A stretch of DNA of 64,000 nucleotides from Rhodospirillaceae bacterium. Its GTDB lineage: Bacteria; Pseudomonadota; Alphaproteobacteria; SP197. Position 1 is the stretch's first letter. Each line of letters begins with the position of its first letter. The stretch is taken from assembly GCA_002722885.1 (NCBI GenBank), contig PBNE01000018.1, positions 3,113 through 67,112 on the forward strand, written 5' to 3'. The translations under genes and the position numbers were made by a program. Shown piece after piece: positions 27,793 through 37,483 of the stretch. The notes beneath the pieces are model-generated. The model was not told the origin of the DNA, did not search any database, and saw nothing but the letters and a program-made list of their open reading frames with translations.

Positions 27793-29592
27793 TCACAACC
27801 AGTCGGACTGTGTGTCCAGAACCGTTGGGTCGCCCAGTTCCGTCGGAGCAAGCCAGGCACGGGCAGGACCAAGTTCGTGCTTCACCATGTAACGCATGGC
27901 CTGCACCTTGCCGCGATAAAACAGGTCATCGTCAGCGCTGCAGCCGGTTTCGAGCGCCTGATGCGCAATCGCCGCCTGACGCAGCCACAACGCCGCGACG
28001 ACATGATGGCCAAAGCCGTAAAGAAACGTCGTGGCATGTGCCAGTGCCAGCGCGATGTGGCCCTCACCCAGTCGCGAACGCGCGGCATCAAGAGTGTCCG
28101 AGACGGCACTCCAGCCTTCGCGCACAACCGAAGCTTCATTTGTGAACCCGGCAGCATCTGCCTCCTGGGCCATGGATTCGATGTCTTCCGACAGAACCTG
28201 GAAACAAGCCCCCCCATCCATCATGGCCTTGCGCCCAAGCAGGTCCAGGCCCTGAATGCCCTGCGTGCCTTCGTGAATGGGGTTGAGCCGGTTATCGCGG
28301 TAAAGCCGCTCGACCGGAAAATCCCGGGTGTAGCCGTAGCCGCCATGTACCTGGATCGCCAGGCTGTTCGCCTCAAGGCCGAAATGGCTGGGCCAGGCCT
28401 TGGCGATCGGCGTGATGATGTCGAGCAGCTGTTTGGCCCGCTTACGGTCCTGTTCGCTCTCTGCCGTCTTTTCGTGATCGACCATCATGCCGCACCACAG
28501 GCCAAGGGCCAGACCTCCCTCCACATAGACCTTCTGCTGCAACAGCATGCGGCGGACATCGGGATGATCGACGATCGGAATCGGCGGCGATGTCGGGTCA
28601 CGACCGTCAAGCGGCCTCCCCTGCCTGCGTTCCCGCGCATAGGCCAGAGAATGGAGATAGCCGGAATATCCCAGCATCGTGGCGCCCAGGCCGACCCCGA
28701 TCCTGGCCTCGTTCATCATGTGAAACATGGCGATCAGACCGCGGTGCGGCTCACCCACCAGCTCGCCGATAGTCTCGCCCTTCTCACCGAAGTTCAGCAG
28801 GCAGTTGGTGATGCCGCGATAGCCCATCTTGTGGTTAAGGCCGGCGAGTTCGATGTTGTTGATCTCGCCAGGCCGGCCTTCGTCGTCCAGCCGATACTTC
28901 GGCACGACGAAGAGCGAGATCCCCTTCACGCCCGGCGGTGCATCGGGAAGCTTAGCCAGCACAAGATGGACGATATTCTCGGCCAGCTCATGCGCGCCGC
29001 CCGAAATCCACATCTTGTTGCCGGTGATGGCATAGGTGCCGTCGCCACGCGGCGTCGCCCGCGTACGGATATCGGCCAACGATGAACCAACGTCGGGTTC
29101 CGAAAGGCACATGGTGCCGAAGAACCGTCCCTCGTTCATCGGCGCCATGTACCGTTGCTTCTGTTCCTCGGTGCCGTGTGCTTCCAAAAGATTGGCCGCC
29201 GCCCGTGTCAGCAGCAGATAGCCGGTGGTCGAAACGTTCGCTCCCTTGAACAGGGCTGCGCAGGCCTGGCCCACGGTGAACGGAAGTTGCATGCCGCCCA
29301 GCTCTTCATCGAACGTTGCCGCAAAGAAACCGGCTTCGCGCAACTGCTCGAGCGCCGCACTGGTCTCAGGAATCTGCACAACCTTGCCGTCGGCCACAAA
29401 CGGTTCTTCGACATCGGCCCTTGCCGCATGGGGCTGCAAATGTTCGTCGGCCAGCCGGAACGCAAGATCGATCACAGCGTCAAACGACACACGATCGTGC
29501 ATGGCATAACGCGGCCGTTTCGCCAGCCGATCGGCCCCGAACACCTCGTAGAGCAGAAAATCGAGGTCCCGCCTGTTGCACACGGTCGACAT
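27793..29592 (-). CDS. Long (about 600 aa) acyl-CoA dehydrogenase, AidB/DmdC-like
   Basis: FFGTMCLSEPDVGSSL, KMWISGG, and a C-terminal extension typical of the long ACAD clade. ATG 29592 avoids overlap with the upstream gene. Confidence 0.88.
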   Translation of the reverse strand: MSTVCNRRDLDFLLYEVFGADRLAKRPRYAMHDRVSFDAVIDLAFRLADEHLQPHAARADVEEPFVADGKVVQIPETSAALEQLREAGFFAATFDEELGGMQLPFTVGQACAALFKGANVSTTGYLLLTRAAANLLEAHGTEEQKQRYMAPMNEGRFFGTMCLSEPDVGSSLADIRTRATPRGDGTYAITGNKMWISGGAHELAENIVHLVLAKLPDAPPGVKGISLFVVPKYRLDDEGRPGEINNIELAGLNHKMGYRGITNCLLNFGEKGETIGELVGEPHRGLIAMFHMMNEARIGVGLGATMLGYSGYLHSLAYARERRQGRPLDGRDPTSPPIPIVDHPDVRRMLLQQKVYVEGGLALGLWCGMMVDHEKTAESEQDRKRAKQLLDIITPIAKAWPSHFGLEANSLAIQVHGGYGYTRDFPVERLYRDNRLNPIHEGTQGIQGLDLLGRKAMMDGGACFQVLSEDIESMAQEADAAGFTNEASVVREGWSAVSDTLDAARSRLGEGHIALALAHATTFLYGFGHHVVAALWLRQAAIAHQALETGCSADDDLFYRGKVQAMRYMVKHELGPARAWLAPTELGDPTVLDTQSDWL

Positions 29593-29599
29593 GGTCGGG

Positions 29600-30223
29600 C
29601 TACAGCACCTTGAACAGCCACACCCTGTGACGCACCTCGGGCTCGCCGCCGGGCATCCCCTGGAACGGTTCACCGACGAACTGCTGCTCCCAGCGGCCCT
29701 CATTCGTCAGGCGCTCGAAGGTTTCGTAGAAACCGTCGGGCACGACATCATGGCGCAGCGTGAAGCAGATCACGCCTCCCGGCTTCACGATCCGGATCAG
29801 CTCACCAAAGCCTTCGGGCGGCGCATGGCCGGGCGTGAAGGTGCCGGCGCTGACCACGGCATCATAACTGTCGGTCTCGTAATCGAGCGGTTCACCCAGA
29901 ATGCCGACCCGGATGTCGCGGTAGACGCCGTGATCCCGGGCAATCTCCAGCATGTCGAGCGAGAGATCCAAGGCATCAAGCGTCGTGAACCCCAGCTCAC
30001 GCGCGGCCAGTCCCACGGCACCCGTGCCCGCTCCAGCGTCCAGAATCGCGGCATCATCGGCCAGTAGCGGTCGCACCTGTTGGGCAATCAGCCGCGGTCC
30101 CGACCAGCCGTAGTCGACCATGATCTGCTTGTCATAGGTCCTGGCCCACGCGTCATAGGCCTCGCGCAACTCATTGGTGGTCGAGGCGTCGTAGAGCTTC
30201 TTTAAGGCGACATGGTCGCTCAC
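29600..30223 (-). CDS. Class I SAM-dependent methyltransferase
   Basis: Motif I ILDAGAGTGAVG plus acidic post-I and motif II/III blocks. The start is uncertain (GTG 30223 or ATG 30283). Confidence 0.75.
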   Translation of the reverse strand: MSDHVALKKLYDASTTNELREAYDAWARTYDKQIMVDYGWSGPRLIAQQVRPLLADDAAILDAGAGTGAVGLAARELGFTTLDALDLSLDMLEIARDHGVYRDIRVGILGEPLDYETDSYDAVVSAGTFTPGHAPPEGFGELIRIVKPGGVICFTLRHDVVPDGFYETFERLTNEGRWEQQFVGEPFQGMPGGEPEVRHRVWLFKVL

Positions 30224-30321
30224 GGCACTCTCCCCGTTTCGGTCCCTGTGATGACCTCTCTGCGTGACCCTACCATCGCACATGATCCGTGTCAGACTGT
30301 CTGCAGATCATCTGAAGGCTG

Positions 30322-31281
30322 GTGGTGACTGTCATCGAACGATTGCGCGGCGGCAAGGCGGTCGTGCTGGACGGTGCGAACGGCACCGAGCTTGAAGAAC
30401 GCGGTGCGCCGCAGACCTCCGACGCGGCCTGGGCCGATTGCAGTGCCACCCATCCGGAGATCGTGCGCGCGGTCCATGAGGACTACATCCGCGCCGGCGC
30501 CGACATCATCACCACCAACACCTACTCCACCGGCGCCCATGTTCTGCGAACGATGGGGCGCGACGAGGTTATTGCACCCTGGAATCGCGCCTCTGTCGAC
30601 ATTGCGCGCAACGCGATCAACAACACAGCCCGGGGTCGCGAGGTTCTTGTCGCGGGATCCGCCTCGCCCTTCGGCAACGGGGCGATGCGCTATCCGAGCA
30701 TGGACGGCGCCTTTACCTGGGGTGAAGACGATCCCAACCTGCTTGCCGCGAACTACCGGGAGCAGATCGGTCACCTGGTTGAGGCAGGGATCGATCTCAT
30801 TCTGCTCGAGTTTCTTGCCGGGACCGCTGCCGACATCGAGATCGGTGTCGCCGTGGCGCGGGAGTTCGACAGGCCCGTCGTCGCGTCGCTGAGCGCAACC
30901 ATCGACGACCAGGGCACGGCGATCCTCACCAGCATCTCCGAAGCCAGTGAGGTCACGCTCGGGCATGAGACCGTGACCGACACCGTCCAGCGTATTGCGG
31001 GTTCGGGCGTCGACGCGATCTACGCCATGCATTCGGAGATCGACGAGATCGACGCCATTCTGGCGGCCATTCGCGCCGCATGGCACGGCCCGCTGGGCGC
31101 CTATCCTAACAGGACCGGATACTGTGATGGCAGCCAATGGGTTTTCACAGAGCAGGTGACACCGCAGGGCTACGCCGCCCGGGTGCAACGCTGGACCGAA
31201 CTGGGGGCAACCATGATCGGCGGCGGCGGCGGCACCACACCGGCCATGATCGAAGCCGTGGCTGGAACCCTCAAACACTAG
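30322..31281 (+). CDS. Homocysteine S-methyltransferase family protein (MmuM/BHMT-like)
   Basis: VVLDGANGTELE at the N-terminus, TNTY, and C-terminal GGCCGTTP-like IGGGGGTTPAMI. In the canonical family the last motif is Cys-rich (GGCCG), so the zinc site here looks atypical. Confidence 0.8.
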   Translation: MVTVIERLRGGKAVVLDGANGTELEERGAPQTSDAAWADCSATHPEIVRAVHEDYIRAGADIITTNTYSTGAHVLRTMGRDEVIAPWNRASVDIARNAINNTARGREVLVAGSASPFGNGAMRYPSMDGAFTWGEDDPNLLAANYREQIGHLVEAGIDLILLEFLAGTAADIEIGVAVAREFDRPVVASLSATIDDQGTAILTSISEASEVTLGHETVTDTVQRIAGSGVDAIYAMHSEIDEIDAILAAIRAAWHGPLGAYPNRTGYCDGSQWVFTEQVTPQGYAARVQRWTELGATMIGGGGGTTPAMIEAVAGTLKH

Positions 31282-33242
31282 ATTGCCATCGCGGCCTGAA
31301 GCCCTTCGACAACGGCTTCTTCTGCCGTTCGCGGCGACAACACGTCACCGATCACGTGGAGCTCGCCTGACCAGCTTTCCCGGAGTTCATCGAGCAGGGC
31401 CGAATCCCGCCTGTGGCCCTGGGCCAGGACGAGAGTCTCGACCTCCTCGGCAACCAGGGCTTCACCGTTGGTCATGTGCTGGAAAAACACGCTGTCGTCA
31501 TCGGCCCCGAACAGGCGGGCGTAGGACCTGGTCTCGACGCCCAGGCTGTCGAGCACGCCGATCCAGTGATCCCGCAGATAGGCCTGAAGGTTCTGGCCGG
31601 GCTGCGTGCCCTGGCAGTAAAGCCGAACGTGGCAGCCGTTCCGAGCCAGCATCTCAGCCACGCCCATGCCAACCCAGTCGCAGCGCCAGTCCGCAATCAC
31701 GACCTGCCCGCCGACATTGGCTTCACCGCTGATGACAGGCCACGCATCCACGGCATGCACCTCATCCAGCCCGTCGAGCGCCGGCAAATAAGGCATCGCA
31801 CCGGTGGCCACCACAACGGCGTCGGGCTCAACGGCCGCGACCATGGCCGCATCAACAGCCACGCCCTTCTTCACCGTGACACCCGCGAGTTCCATCTCGC
31901 GGCTGAGATTAGTGACGATCCCGCCGAACTCGGCACGATCCGGCAGCATCTGGGCCAAGCGGACCTGCCCGCCCAACTGATTGTCCTTCTCATAGAGCGT
32001 CACCTCATGACCGCGTTCAGCCGCAATCGCCGCGGCCTTCATGCCACCGGGTCCACCGCCTATCACCATGACCTTGCGGACCGTGGCTGTCTTCTCCTTG
32101 GCATGGGGGAAGGTCCGTTCGCGGCCGGTCTCCGGATGCTGGATACACGAGACGATCGCACCCATGTGCCGGTGGCCGATGCAGGCCTGATTGCAGGCGA
32201 TGCAGGCACGTATGTCGTCCGGCCGGCCGTCTTCGGCCTTGGCAGCAAAGAAAGGATCGGCAATCAGGGCGCGCACCAAACACACCATATCGGCCTGGCC
32301 CGAGCCGATGATCTGCTCAGCCGTCTGCGGCTGGTTGATCCGGCCTCCGAGCATCGTGGGCACAGACACGGACTGCTTCAGCGTCGCGGCCGGATCGGCC
32401 AGGTACCCCTGCTCGACAAACATCGGCGGCACGATGTGAACCGCCCCGCCGACCGAGGCACCGGAACCGCCGATGACGTTGACGTAGTCGATCAGCCCGG
32501 CGTCGGCGAGCGCCTTGGCCACAGCACTGCTCTCTTCCTGCGACAACCCGCCATAGTCCAGTTCGTCGACGGAGATCCGGATGCCGACCACGGTCTTGCT
32601 GTCGACCGAAGCACGGATGGCAGCGAGAGATTCCGTCACGAACCGCATCCGGTTCTCGAAGCTGCCGCCGTAGGTGTCGGTCCGCTGATTGGCGCGCGGA
32701 TTGACGAACTGGGCCGGCAGATAGCCCATCGAAATCATGTATTCGACACCGTCGAGCCCCGCCTCAGCCATGCGCCGTGCGCCGTCGCCGTAGGACCGGA
32801 TTATGTCCCGGATCATCGCTTCGGACATCGGGGCGGGCATCACGTGGTGACGCTCATCCGGCAGCTCCGACGGCGCATAGGCCGCGAGCAGCGCACCGTT
32901 CTTCCGGTTCGCAACGGCGCGGCCGGGGTGAAAGAGCTGCCCGAACATGCGGGCGCCATGCTTGTGGGCCACGCCCGCCATCTCCCGAAGTTCGGGAATG
33001 GCGTCATCGTCGCTCACGGCCAGCAGGTTGTGCCGCACCTCATAACTCTCATGCACCGTATGGGCCTCGGTGATGATCAGCCCCACGCCCCCCTGTGCGC
33101 GCGCCTCATGATAGGCCACGAGATCAGGCATGGTGCCCGGAGCGCGGCCCTGGCTGGTGCCGTGCGGCCCGAAAATCACCCGGTTCTTCATTTCGAGGGC
33201 GCCCAATTCGATGGGCTGGAAGAGATGCGGAAACCTGGTCAT
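31278..33242 (-). CDS. NADH:flavin oxidoreductase (OYE domain + 4Fe-4S + FAD/NAD(P) domain), StcD/DgcA-like N-methyl amino-acid demethylase family, paralogue 1
   Basis: FPHLFQPIELGALEMKNR (OYE N-terminus), CIACNQACIGH...C Fe-S motif, VMVIGGGPGGMKAA dinucleotide fold. 654 aa from ATG 33242. Confidence 0.88.
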   Translation of the reverse strand: MTRFPHLFQPIELGALEMKNRVIFGPHGTSQGRAPGTMPDLVAYHEARAQGGVGLIITEAHTVHESYEVRHNLLAVSDDDAIPELREMAGVAHKHGARMFGQLFHPGRAVANRKNGALLAAYAPSELPDERHHVMPAPMSEAMIRDIIRSYGDGARRMAEAGLDGVEYMISMGYLPAQFVNPRANQRTDTYGGSFENRMRFVTESLAAIRASVDSKTVVGIRISVDELDYGGLSQEESSAVAKALADAGLIDYVNVIGGSGASVGGAVHIVPPMFVEQGYLADPAATLKQSVSVPTMLGGRINQPQTAEQIIGSGQADMVCLVRALIADPFFAAKAEDGRPDDIRACIACNQACIGHRHMGAIVSCIQHPETGRERTFPHAKEKTATVRKVMVIGGGPGGMKAAAIAAERGHEVTLYEKDNQLGGQVRLAQMLPDRAEFGGIVTNLSREMELAGVTVKKGVAVDAAMVAAVEPDAVVVATGAMPYLPALDGLDEVHAVDAWPVISGEANVGGQVVIADWRCDWVGMGVAEMLARNGCHVRLYCQGTQPGQNLQAYLRDHWIGVLDSLGVETRSYARLFGADDDSVFFQHMTNGEALVAEEVETLVLAQGHRRDSALLDELRESWSGELHVIGDVLSPRTAEEAVVEGLQAAMAI

Positions 33243-33246
33243 GCCA

Positions 33247-35211
33247 TCACACCTTGAACGCCACTTGCAGGCCTTCCAGTACGGCCTCTTCCACCGTTCT
33301 GGGGGCCAGAGCATCACCGATGATGTGGAGCTCGACATCGCCGCCGTAAAGCTCCTCCCACAGCGCCGCCTCGCGTTTATGAGGCGCGGCCAGCACGAGG
33401 GTCTCTACATCGTCACAGATGATCGGCACACCGCTGGTGACATGCTGCATAAAGACGGAGGTGTCGTCACAGCCATAGAGGCGGGGGTATGGAATGACCT
33501 CGACCCCAAACTTGTGGAGCTGCCCCATCCAGCCGTCGCGCACCATCATCGGCAGGTGTTCGCCGGGCATCGGCCCATTCACGCACAGCCTGACCGAACA
33601 GCCATCCCGTGCCAGCTTCTCGGCGACGCCTAGACCGATCCAATTAGCGTGCCAGTCATAAACCACAACCTTGCCACCCACATTGGCCGTACCCCTGGCC
33701 ACATCCCAGGCACCGACCACATGCGCCTGGTCCATGCCTTCCAGATCGGGGCGCTGTTCGGTCGCACCGGTCGCCATGATCAGGACATCGGGCGCCTCGG
33801 CCTCGATCAGAGCCCGCGTCGCTTCGGTGCTCTTGCGGATGTCGACGCCATGAATCTCACATTCACGGGTCAGGTTCGTCACGATGCCGCCGAACTCAGC
33901 GCGTCCAGGGAGGAGCTGGGCGATGGCCGCCTGGCCACCGAGCTGCGGTGAGCGTTCAAGCAAGATGACACGATGGCCTCGCTCGGCCGCCACAGCCGCC
34001 GCTTTCATGCCACCCGGTCCGCCGCCGACCACCAGCACATGACGTGCGGTCTCGGCCTTCGGTTTGGCGTAATAGTCGAGCTCACGGCCTGTTTCCGGAT
34101 GCTGGATGCAGGAAATCGGGAACCCTCGCAGACGATGACCGATGCAGGCCTGGTCGCAGGCGATGCAGGCACGAATGTCATCCACCCGTCCGTCACGCGC
34201 CTTGTTGACAAACTCGGGGTCGGCAATGTGGCCCCGAACGATGCCGACCATGTCGGCCTGGCCGCTGGCGACGATCTCTTCGGCGATCTGCGGCTGGTTG
34301 ATTCGACCTGCGATCATCACGGGCAGGCGCTTCACTGCGGATTTCAGTTCGCCCGACTTCTGGCCCGTGTAGCCGGCGTCGTACTGCATATGCGGGATAA
34401 TGTGCTGCCAGCCTGTGTAGGTCGCTGTCGAGCCCAGCACAATGTTGAGATAGTCGAGCACACCATCGGCATCGAGCGCGGCGCAGGCTTCGCGCGACTC
34501 CTCAATTGTAAGCCCCTCTTCGTCCATCTCGTCAGCCGAAATGCGCAGACCCAGGATCATGTCATCCCCGATCTTGGCCCTGATGTCGCCCGCGACCTCT
34601 CGCACGAAGCGCATGCGGTTTTCGAAGTTGCCGCCGTACTCGTCGGTCCTGCGATTGAGCCTGGGATTGATGAACTGGCTGGCGAGGTAACCCATCGACG
34701 AAATTATCTCGACCCCATCGAGTCCGGCCTCCGCCATCCGCGCCGCGCCATCACCATGGGCCGTAACGATCTCCCGGATCAGGTCGGCCGTCAGTGGCGT
34801 GGGTACGGTCTTGTACATCTCATCGGGCACCTCGGACGGCGCATAGGCCGTCATCTTGGTGCCGTCGATCGAGGCTGCCGCCACCCGGCCGGGATGGAAC
34901 ACCTGACCGATGATAGTCACACCGTAGTCCCGGCCCTTCTGTCCCAGCCGTTTTAGACCCGGCAAGCACTCGTCATTGGAAGCCCAGGCGCGGCCCTGTG
35001 GCATGTAGGTCGGATGCACGCAGTGGACTTCTGTCATGATCATGCCGACACCGCCTCGCATCCGCGCCTCGTGATAGGCGATCATCGCATCACCAACGCG
35101 GCCACCCTCACTCAACGCGGTATTGTGGCCGGGAACGAAGACCCTGTTCTTGATTTCCTTTCCGCGAATCTCCAGCGGCGAAAACAGGTGGGGAAACTGC
35201 GGGTGACTCAC
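33247..35211 (-). CDS. NADH:flavin oxidoreductase, StcD/DgcA-like, paralogue 2
   Basis: Same architecture (FPHLFSPLEIRGKEIKNR, CIACDQACIGH, VLVVGGGPGGMKAA). The GTG start at 35211 overlaps the upstream stop (GTGA). Confidence 0.88.
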   Translation of the reverse strand: MSHPQFPHLFSPLEIRGKEIKNRVFVPGHNTALSEGGRVGDAMIAYHEARMRGGVGMIMTEVHCVHPTYMPQGRAWASNDECLPGLKRLGQKGRDYGVTIIGQVFHPGRVAAASIDGTKMTAYAPSEVPDEMYKTVPTPLTADLIREIVTAHGDGAARMAEAGLDGVEIISSMGYLASQFINPRLNRRTDEYGGNFENRMRFVREVAGDIRAKIGDDMILGLRISADEMDEEGLTIEESREACAALDADGVLDYLNIVLGSTATYTGWQHIIPHMQYDAGYTGQKSGELKSAVKRLPVMIAGRINQPQIAEEIVASGQADMVGIVRGHIADPEFVNKARDGRVDDIRACIACDQACIGHRLRGFPISCIQHPETGRELDYYAKPKAETARHVLVVGGGPGGMKAAAVAAERGHRVILLERSPQLGGQAAIAQLLPGRAEFGGIVTNLTRECEIHGVDIRKSTEATRALIEAEAPDVLIMATGATEQRPDLEGMDQAHVVGAWDVARGTANVGGKVVVYDWHANWIGLGVAEKLARDGCSVRLCVNGPMPGEHLPMMVRDGWMGQLHKFGVEVIPYPRLYGCDDTSVFMQHVTSGVPIICDDVETLVLAAPHKREAALWEELYGGDVELHIIGDALAPRTVEEAVLEGLQVAFKV

Positions 35212-36347
35212 GTCATCGCCTCCACGATGAGATTGGCAAAATGCTGTGCCTGACGGTCCCAGATATCCGACAGGACGCCGCCGTCGAAGGCCGGGGAGTG
35301 GCGGCCGGTCTGCATCCACTCGATCGCACCGATGTCTTCCCGGTTCAACTCATCCCACATATCCGCAACACTCTGTGCCGCCTCGGCATAGGCGGGATCG
35401 GTTGTCGCCTCACCGATCAGGAAGATGTGCAGGTTCTCGACCGTGTGTTCGGGCCCAATGGGGAAAAGCTGGAAAACAGTCAGCTGGTCGGGCCAGAGCT
35501 GAAGACAACAGCTCGGAAACAGGAAGTACCCGCCCGCGAAGCGCGCTTGGTCTCCAGTGAGCCCCGGATACCAAGGCAGCCCCACGCCCCGTCCCTTCTG
35601 CGGCTCATCGATCAGGTATTCCGTGCGCAGCAGACCACCGTCGATCTGAAACGCCGACCGCTTGCTCAGCGGATAGAAGGCGTTAAGGCGAGGGTGAATT
35701 GTCGGGATGTGGTGGTTGTCGAAGTAGTTCTCGAAGACCAGTTTCCAGTTTGCTTTGAACTCCCACTCGACCGTCTTGTAGAGACGCAGCGCACCAAGGT
35801 CGTGTTTCGGAAGCCGGTTGGCCAGGGTCGCAATGAAATCCTCGAACGGCGCGGCCTGACCATCGAGGTTGAGAAAGATCATGCGGAACCAACGGCCCAG
35901 CCGTATAGGGACCAGACCGGGCCCGCTCCGCGACAGGTCGTGACGGTTCGCCCCCTCGAAGTGCGGTCGTGTTCGCAGCGCACCATCCAGACTATAGGCC
36001 CAGGCGTGATAGGGACAGGTCAGGACCGTCTGGTTGCTGCAGGGCTCTTCAACAACGATTGCCCCCCGATGACGGCAAACATTGTGGAAGGCCCTGATCT
36101 CACCATCGTGACCGTGAACAAGAACCACAGGCTTGCCTGCGATGGTTGTGGGAAACGCGTCGCCGGGTTCGGCAATCTGATCCAGACACCCGGCAAACAT
36201 CCATGTTCTTGCGAACAGGCGCTCGTTTTCGAGCTCCAGCCAGGCAGGGTCGGTGTAGCAGGTGTTGGGCAGACAGCTTCCACCGTCACCGGTAGGCCGT
36301 GACAGCCGGTCCCTGACTTCGGGTGTGATGAACGGCTCGATATTCAC
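35208..36347 (-). CDS. Rieske [2Fe-2S] non-haem-iron oxygenase alpha subunit, paralogue 1 (Stc2/GbcA-type betaine demethylase-like)
   Basis: Rieske motif CRHRGAIV-x-CPYHAWAY and mononuclear iron motif ENYFDNHHIPTIHP. The GTG start at 36347 overlaps the upstream stop (GTGA). Confidence 0.88.
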   Translation of the reverse strand: MNIEPFITPEVRDRLSRPTGDGGSCLPNTCYTDPAWLELENERLFARTWMFAGCLDQIAEPGDAFPTTIAGKPVVLVHGHDGEIRAFHNVCRHRGAIVVEEPCSNQTVLTCPYHAWAYSLDGALRTRPHFEGANRHDLSRSGPGLVPIRLGRWFRMIFLNLDGQAAPFEDFIATLANRLPKHDLGALRLYKTVEWEFKANWKLVFENYFDNHHIPTIHPRLNAFYPLSKRSAFQIDGGLLRTEYLIDEPQKGRGVGLPWYPGLTGDQARFAGGYFLFPSCCLQLWPDQLTVFQLFPIGPEHTVENLHIFLIGEATTDPAYAEAAQSVADMWDELNREDIGAIEWMQTGRHSPAFDGGVLSDIWDRQAQHFANLIVEAMT

Positions 36348-37483
36348 GCCATGGACTCGACAACAAGTTTCGCGAAATGCTGATGCGACGGATCCCAGTG
36401 TCCCGACAGAATCCCGCCGTCGAAAGCCGGTGAATAACGGCCTTGCTGCATCCACTCGATTGCGTTGATGTCTTCACGATTCAGCTCGTCCCACATGTCG
36501 TAGACACCTTGCCGTGCGCCTCCAAAGGCACCGTCCGTCGCGGCATCGCCGATCATAAAGACATGCAGGTTCTCGATCGTGTGATCCGGTGCAACCGGCA
36601 GGACCTGAAACACCGTGAGTTGATCAGGCCAGATTTGGTAACAGCAGCTTGGGAACAGGTGATAGCCGCCTTCCAACCGCTCAAGCTCCGGCGTCAGGCC
36701 GGGGTAATAGGGCAGCCCTACACCGCGCCCTCCCTCGGGTTCACCGAAGGCTACCTCGGTGTGGAACAGCTTGTCTTCGAATTCGAACCCCTGACGTGAG
36801 GTCATCAGTGCAAAGGCGTCGAGCCGGGGGTGGATGGCGAAGATGTGGTAGTTTTCGAAGTAGTTCTCGAAGACCAGCTTCCAGTTCGCTTTGACCTCCC
36901 ACACCAGAGTCTTCGCCAGCCGAAGCGCGGAGAGATCGTGGCCGGAAAGACGCCGTGCGAGCGGAGCGATATAGTCTTCGAACGGCGCAGCCTTGCCGTC
37001 GAGATTGAGAAAGATGGTGCGGTGGAACAGGCCCAGCCTGATCGGTACAAGCCCCGGCCCGTCCCTTGAGACGTCATGCACATCGGCACCGTTGAAATGC
37101 GGGTGCGTCCGCAGCTTGCCACCCAGTCCATAGGCCCAGGCGTGATAAGGGCAGGTCAGCACCGACTGGTTGCTGCAGGCCTGTTCGGCCACAATCGCAC
37201 TGCGGTGCCGGCAGACGTTGTGAAAGGCTCTGATCTCGCCATCACGTCCATGAACCAGAACCACAGGCTTGTTGCCGATGGTCGTGGGAAACACGTCGCC
37301 GGGTTGCGGCACATTGTCGATCGACCCCGCAAACATCCAAGTTTGCGCAAACAGGCACTCGTTCTCAAGTTCGAGCCAGCCGGAATCGGTGTAACAGGCA
37401 TTCAGCAGACACGCGGCGCCCTCGCCTGTCGGCCGCGACAATCGGTCCATGGTCTCTTTTGGGATCAAGAACGGGATGCCCAT
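36344..37483 (-). CDS. Rieske non-haem-iron oxygenase alpha subunit, paralogue 2
   Basis: CRHRSAIV..CPYHAWAY and ENYFENYHIFAIHP. Aligns with paralogue 1 from the N-terminus (GIPFLIPKETMDRLSRPTG vs NIEPFITPEVRDRLSRPTG). The ATG 37483 start overlaps the upstream gene by 19 nt. Confidence 0.85.
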   Translation of the reverse strand: MGIPFLIPKETMDRLSRPTGEGAACLLNACYTDSGWLELENECLFAQTWMFAGSIDNVPQPGDVFPTTIGNKPVVLVHGRDGEIRAFHNVCRHRSAIVAEQACSNQSVLTCPYHAWAYGLGGKLRTHPHFNGADVHDVSRDGPGLVPIRLGLFHRTIFLNLDGKAAPFEDYIAPLARRLSGHDLSALRLAKTLVWEVKANWKLVFENYFENYHIFAIHPRLDAFALMTSRQGFEFEDKLFHTEVAFGEPEGGRGVGLPYYPGLTPELERLEGGYHLFPSCCYQIWPDQLTVFQVLPVAPDHTIENLHVFMIGDAATDGAFGGARQGVYDMWDELNREDINAIEWMQQGRYSPAFDGGILSGHWDPSHQHFAKLVVESMA

